Assembly: GCF_947568905.1 (NCBI RefSeq)
Contig: NC_079164.1
Span: 36,766,001 to 36,830,000, forward strand
DNA: 64,000 nt
Direction of reading: 5' to 3'
DNA from: Ostrea edulis
Lineage: Eukaryota
Numbering within the stretch: the stretch's first letter is position 1; the number at the start of each line of letters is the position of its first letter. The position numbers and the translations under genes were made by a program. The notes beneath the pieces are model-generated. The model did no database searches, was not told the DNA's origin, and saw only the letters and a list, made by a program, of their open reading frames with translations. Below are positions 57,999 to 64,000 of the stretch, one piece after another.

Positions 57999-58008
<10 letters not shown>
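57765..58008. repeat. Long hairpin: 112-bp arms, 4 mismatches, 20-nt loop, tRNA-like boxes
   Basis: Arms 57765-57876 and 57897-58008; B box GGTTCGACCC in both orientations; A-box-like TGACCGAGTGG in the loop (minus); (TA)n follows. Confidence 0.95.
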
Positions 58009-58048
<40 letters not shown>

Positions 58049-58209
58049 TTTTATGTAGAAACTCTTATAGAAATGCTTACATCACATTGAGGATTGCTTA
58101 ATTTGTAATTGAAATATACCTTGAGAATGAAAATTTATATCTTCTCTATTTTACAAAATATGAATATTTGGAATAGATCTAATTGTCATACTTGGTTGTT
58201 TATTATGGA

Positions 58210-58251
<42 letters not shown>

Positions 58252-59409
58252 AACGATGGAAACATGGAGCAATTTCTGTGTAACCAGTTTTGCTTGAAGG
58301 AAATGTTTGGTAGTAAATGTTAATCTGCATCATTTATCCTTATATTTAGCTGAAAGGGGTGGGGTTCTTAGTTGTCTTAAGTGCCCACTATAGATGTTGG
58401 AGTTGTGAGTGTGGCTCACAATATTAAAATTAAGTGTACAGGTTACAATTTTTCAATACAGGCCCAGTACAACGTACAGCCACTAGATGCATTATAAGCT
58501 ATAACGTCTTTGTGGTTTGTATTATGGCCCCTGCTTTGTTTAGTCTTGTGTATATATGGTGTAATATCATGTAGTGTCAGATAAAGAAAGCTACAGAAGG
58601 GAACTTTTTAGTGCTCTACTTTGGGTAGGGTCAGTGAGGTCATATATGTATTATGTACCTTAAGTTATTTTTAATGTGTCAATTCTTAATAACATTTAAA
58701 TGTAATTATTTGAAACCAGGCATGTTTGATTTGAGTATTAATATTTTAATTAATACAGTGAGTTGTTCATTGTAGTGTACATGCAAATGGTACATGGCTT
58801 AGATTTTATCATAGGAATTCTTAATATGACAAGTGTTAAGTTATTCATACTAGTTCCAAAATTCAAATTCTTTGTCGATTTCAATATACACTTATATCTA
58901 CTACTCACAAGAGTACAGATTGGGTTTTTACATGATTCAGAGAGCACTTAAAATCAGAAAGGCTCCAACAACACCTGCATTGTCACATTCATCAATAAAT
59001 GTGTTTTCCTTTTATCAAGCTAACTGCCTCAGATAATACATACACTATTTAAACATATTGACAGTCTGCTTTAATATATTTACTTCTTGATGTCTGAAAG
59101 ATTAAATTGCCCTGCAAGGGTATTGAATTTGTGTACCTGGAAACAGTTTGAGGAAAGTGTTTGATAGAATTGGGGTCTATATTGGGATTACTTGCATACA
59201 GATCTAGACCAACACTGTAGGCAAGTATGTACATCTAGGTAAAAACACTTTGTAATATTGATTTAATTATGTTGCTACATATATGGGAAATATATACATG
59301 TATATATATCTGTGTGTGTGTGTGTTTAGTCATTTCTTGTTGGTATTGTTCATACATTTTGTTCCACTATGTTTTTATTCATAGATGAAATCAAAAGGAA
59401 GTGTAGGTT

Positions 59410-59570
59410 TTCTCTGTCTGTTCTGCTGACTGTCTGTCTGTCTGTCTATGTCTGTCTCCTCATCTGTTCGTCTGACTGTCTGTCTCTCTGTGTCTCTCTG
59501 TTCTGCTGACTGTCTGTCTGTCTGTCTATGTCTGTCTCCTCATCTGTTCTGCTGACCGTCTCTCTCTCTC
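59410..59570. repeat. (CTGT)n/(CT)n compound low-complexity repeat
   Basis: Direct reading. Confidence 0.85.
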
Positions 59571-61195
59571 ACTTTGTCTTCCATACTCCTTTCAATCATT
59601 GCTTTAAGATATTGAATCAGATATAAAACTTGCTATGTAGATTTCTGATGAACATCAACAAATCAAGTTTGACTTTTGTAATGTAAATTGTATGGGCTTG
59701 AAGGCCTCTACCAAAATGGTGAGACTCACAACTTCTGGGCCAATTCCAAGGTGGGGCTATATGATTCACAAACTAAAGATGCATCGAATCTTTTGTTCTA
59801 ATTACTCTTTTCTTTGGAACATCTAATTCATAATATTGGGCTAAAGATTCAAAAGAATTTAAATTATCTGACCACAGGTAATATTTTATTACAGAGAAAC
59901 ACCCAAATTCATACATGGCTTAAAAGTTATTTATGAGTAGATAATTTATACTTGACTGAAACTATGGACATCTGGCCAAGATCAAAGACACTAGCAAATT
60001 GAAATGCCTGTCCAAGCCACAGCTTTGTAATAGAATTTAACACTTGACATTGCTTACAATTGAAGCAGTGTTTCCTGACCTTGAACTTAAGATGAGGTCA
60101 TGGTCACTGACACACAAAATATAAGTGAGTAACATTGTAATAAACAGAGATCAGAAATCACCCTTGACACAAAGGTTGCTTGTTCTCACCATCAATGTGC
60201 AACACTTCTAATAAAGTTGTGTGTGCTTGAATCTCAGGTGACCAATAAGGCCCATGGATCTCTTGGTTTTCATAAGGTCAAGACTCTTTGATTGGAGAAA
60301 AATAAATGTCCATGGGATCTTGCCTGAGAAATTTTCACTCTTTGTGGTTGTTTACTTTATCCTAGAGGATTTGGATTTGTGGGTGTGTCAGTTCCTGGTA
60401 ATTAGGCCGGTCCTTGTCTGAAATGTACTGATTGATAACAGCATCTGAATTTCATAAATTATGTAGTCATACTACTGTAATTGTGAATTGACTATTTTAG
60501 TGTATTGATAATTTTATCAGGAGAGCTGTAGAATCAGGAATTGCAATATAATAGACATTTTGATGATATCTTTTATACAATCAGTGCTACACTAACATAT
60601 AAGTAAGTTATCTGCCTTCATCCAGCCTAACACCAATATTTATGAGTTCCAAGAGGTTAAGCTGCTTTACTTCATTCAGATCCTGACCTTGCAATCTGCT
60701 CAGGGTAATATAGCAGATTATATCCTGCACCAATCTGCCTGTCCACTCAGGAACGAATGTTACTAGTCTGTGAAAAAAGTTAAGGATTATATATCAATAT
60801 TTGTGTAGTAATGTACTTAAGAGAGTATGGAGTTAATGTTGATTGCAATAAAGAAAACAGGTATTAGTACTTTTGTTATGTTGTGTGCACAGTTTTCATA
60901 TTGCGAGACTCGCATAGTTACATTTCCTTTACATGGTAAACAAAATATCTTAAAATGTGAATTAAAATCATTTTGTTTTAGGTCTTTGCTAAGCTGTCTG
61001 TCCACAGCTTTAACCTTCAGGTCATAACTTTTGAATGGTGAGTGTTAGGGTTCTCATATTACATATGAGCATTCCTTGTGGTACCTAAGTTTTTAAACTT
61101 TTGACCTTGGAGTTTGACCTACTTTTAAGAAAAGTTAACATAGACAATAATCTTCTGAACTACTTATCTTAGGGCTTTCAAATTTTGTTTATATT

Positions 61196-62633
61196 TAGGG
61201 ATGTCAACGAATATTCGACTATTTGAATAGTCTTCGATACCACTGATGTTCTACTAATTTTTATATGACCATCTTTAGACAGGATGTATTATGCTTCAGC
61301 GATGTCTGTATGTCCATCTGTCCATCCGTTTATTCGTGGTTTGTTTATTTCATTTTTCTGTCACAAATCAAGCTGAAACTTGTTATGTAGCTTCTTTGTG
61401 GATCACTCTAGATCATGTTGCAATTTTGATCCATTTTGACCTCTCTTGCAGGAGTTTTGTCCCTTTATTTGAAAATCATTGTTAAATGGAGGGTACATAA
61501 TTTGTCGGGCTAACTCCTCCCACAATTTACAAGTGAGGACCATCTTGTTTTAGAGAGTATTTGTATGGATATTGAAGATGTGCATGTGGCAAGAACTTTT
61601 GATTTTCATCCATTTTTAAGGTTTGGGGGGAAATTATATAGAGAGTACATGATTTGTCCTTCTAACTCCTCTCACAGTTTAGAAGCTAGGGTATTTGTAA
61701 ATAACTTGAAGATGTGCATAGTGCAAGGATTTTGATTCTCAACAATTTTTAATTTTCTTAGACATTTTGAATATTTACAGGTTGTTGAACTTGGTCGAAT
61801 TTGGGGAAATATTTTACACACAGAACTCTTCGTTTGTCTATCTACCTTCTGTCACAGTTTGAAGCTAAGACCATTTATTCATATTTTGTAAAGAAAGTAT
61901 GTCACAGCCTGATGATGACTGATATTACCTGAAGCAAAGTTCTACAAATATGGCTTAAGAAAAACACTGTAAGCATTTTCATGGGTGTATTATGTACCGT
62001 TTACAGTACTCTTGTTTTTATTCGAATAGTCAGTAAAAAAAAAAATTGTGCATACTGATAATTTACCCATTTGAAATTAACACCATCACTGTTTCATTGA
62101 GGTTTACTCGGTGTCCTTACTTTGAATTCACTCAATCAAAGAATATTACATGTATATCCATTCCTTGTCATCATTATAGAAATTCATTAGAATCCAAATG
62201 CCACCAAAATCAAGTGTGTGGCAATTTTTTAAATGTGATTTAGATAGTAGAAATGTTAAGTGTACTTTATGCAACTCTGTATTATCCTTTTGCGGAACAA
62301 CTAGAAATATGTTGTATCAATTTTAAACAAACACCCAACTTTTAGTGCTGCATATGTGTGGTGATTTACCATGCAGTGCAAAAAACGATTGGAAATTCCC
62401 TAGTGAAGTCACACGAAAAAAACAAAAGCAAGCAACAGTCTGAAAAGGTAACAATTTCAATTGCGAACATGATCGTGAAAGACTACCTTTGTCTTAGTAT
62501 TTTGCTGGGAGAGGGGTTTACGGAATTCGTCAACATTATTTCTCCAGGATTCAATATTCCAAGTCGGAATACAGTAAAGTCAAGAATAGAAAAAATGAAT
62601 GAGGATCAGGAGATGCTACTTAATCTGTGCTAG
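61196..62633 (+). mobile_element. hAT (ZBED1-like) transposon remnant: left TIR, nested insertion, broken BED-transposase
   Basis: TAGGGATGTCAACGAATATTCG end at 61196. From 62198, MPPKSSVWQFFKCDLDSRNVKCTLCNSVLSFCGTTRNML (BED finger), then a frameshift to LNKHP. Downstream IANMIVKDYLCLSILLGEGFTEFVNIISPGFNIPSRNTVKSRIEK fits hAT transposases. No right TIR seen. Confidence 0.8.
61256..62010 (+). mobile_element. Helentron/pearl-like element nested in the hAT left end
   Basis: TTTTATATGACC start, (GTCC/ATCC)n, repeated cores, GTAC...GTACTCTTGTT end; hAT subterminal ATTCGAATAG resumes afterwards. Confidence 0.6.
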
Positions 62634-62941
62634 ATAATGTGAAATTGGCCTCTAATAGATAGAGTGCCATGCATGTTGTCTTAATAAATTGTCATAATAG
62701 ATGTTCACATTGGGGTCTACCTAACAGGACTTCTATGGTTAACTGAACACCAGTATGCTTATCATCAAACAGTCATTATAACCCTGAACCAAGGTCATTT
62801 GGCTGTGGTCAAGGACACAGGTAAAAATGTTATAAATACCTGATACAGGCTTCAACTTTGTAATAGAGAGACAGCAGAAACCCGTACTGACCTTAATAGT
62901 TGCTTATGACCAGACACTTCATTCATGCCCATGAACCAGTT

Positions 62942-63866
62942 AATTGTCCCCCACCGCAATGCGGAAGGGGACATAGAAATATCGGTGTCTGTCCCACTTC
63001 ACTTTGTGGACGCAACTCCTCAGAAACCGCTCAACAGATTTTGTTCATATTAAGTAGGATTGTTAGTCACCATGTGTAGTTGATCATATTATGCTGGAAT
63101 TTTGATTCAACTATTTTGACAGGAGTTATGGGACTTTGTTGAATTTGTACATGCTACACTATAGGAACACTTTGTGGACGCAACTCCTCAGAAACCGCTC
63201 AACGGATTTTGTTCATAATTTGTAGGATTGTTAGTCACCATGTGTAGTTGATCATATTATGCCGGAATTTTGATTCGACAATTTTGACAGGAGTTATGGG
63301 ACTTTGTTAAATTTGTACATGCTACACTATAGGAACACTTTGTGGACGTAACTCCTCCGAAACCGCTCAATGGATTTTGTTCATATTTTGTGGGATTGTT
63401 AGTCACCATGTGTAGTTGATCATATTATGCTACCATTTTAATTTGACAAATTTTATAGGAGTTATTGGACTTTGTTGAATTTGTACATAGTACACTATAG
63501 GAACACTTTGTGGACGCAACTCCTCCGAAACCGCTCACCGGATTTCATTCAGATTTTGGAGGATTGTTAGTCACCATTTGTAGTTGATCATATTGCGCTG
63601 TCATTTTGATTTGACAATTTTTACAGGAGTTATGAAACTTTGTTGAATGTGTATATGCTACACTATAGAGACACTTTATGGACACAACTCTTCCGAAACC
63701 GCTCACCGGATTTCATTCAAATTTTGTAGGATTGTTAGTCACCATATGTAGTTGATCATATTGTGCCGACATTTTGATTCTACAAATTTTACAGGAGTTA
63801 TGGGACTTTTGTGCTTCAACTTTTTTTGCAGCGGTGGGGGACATGGCTACGAGTAGCAATCTTGTT
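62942..63866 (+). mobile_element. Complete Helentron/pearl-like element carrying a 168-bp satellite array (~5 units)
   Basis: Subterminal inverted repeats TGTCCCCCACCGC (62945) / GCGGTGGGGGACA (63831); terminal GCTAC-GA-GTAGC palindrome and CTTGTT end; units start at 63001, 63169, 63337, 63505, 63673. Confidence 0.85.
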
Positions 63867-64000
63867 CTTTAGCTGGAAACTACATGCTAATTGCAGAAAT
63901 TTCTGTGTACTAAAAAAAAGAATTTGTTTCCACATATCTTAAATAAAAAGATGTCAATTACCTATGAAGCAATGACCTTTCTGTTCATTCAGTTAAGTCC

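Noticed and set aside
59385-60704. Candidate further micro-exons of gene 4 (59385-59402 MKSKGS; 60680-60704)
   Set aside because: Phase-compatible but very short, with weak donors; cannot be supported without transcripts.

Overview
AT-rich, intron-rich animal genomic DNA. The repeat families (TTAA- and TA-target MITEs, Helentron/pearl-like elements with internal satellite, tRNA-derived SINEs) point to a bivalve, probably an oyster; this is inference. I reconstructed four spliced genes by hand, with consistent exon phases: LZTR1 (minus, 11 exons, 361 codons, runs off the left edge), DHX9/RNA helicase A (plus, 29 coding exons, 1253 aa, one GC-AG intron), ENY2/Sus1 (plus, 5 exons, 101 aa) and an unrecognised gene (plus, 4 exons, 137 codons, incomplete). 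Three patterns stand out. (1) At least seven tandem duplications copy a real exon-intron junction and build arrays of decoy splice sites; in each frame I translated, using a decoy gives a premature stop or frameshift. (2) A 264-bp inverted repeat with only two mismatches (both A-C) brackets a single 62-nt frame-shifting exon, and a second 112-bp hairpin lies in the same gene. (3) TACATGTA is strongly over-represented and looks like a Tc1/mariner excision footprint; a related 7-nt footprint-like insertion lies within a functional LZTR1 splice acceptor. All coordinates and counts were read by eye, and no database search was run.
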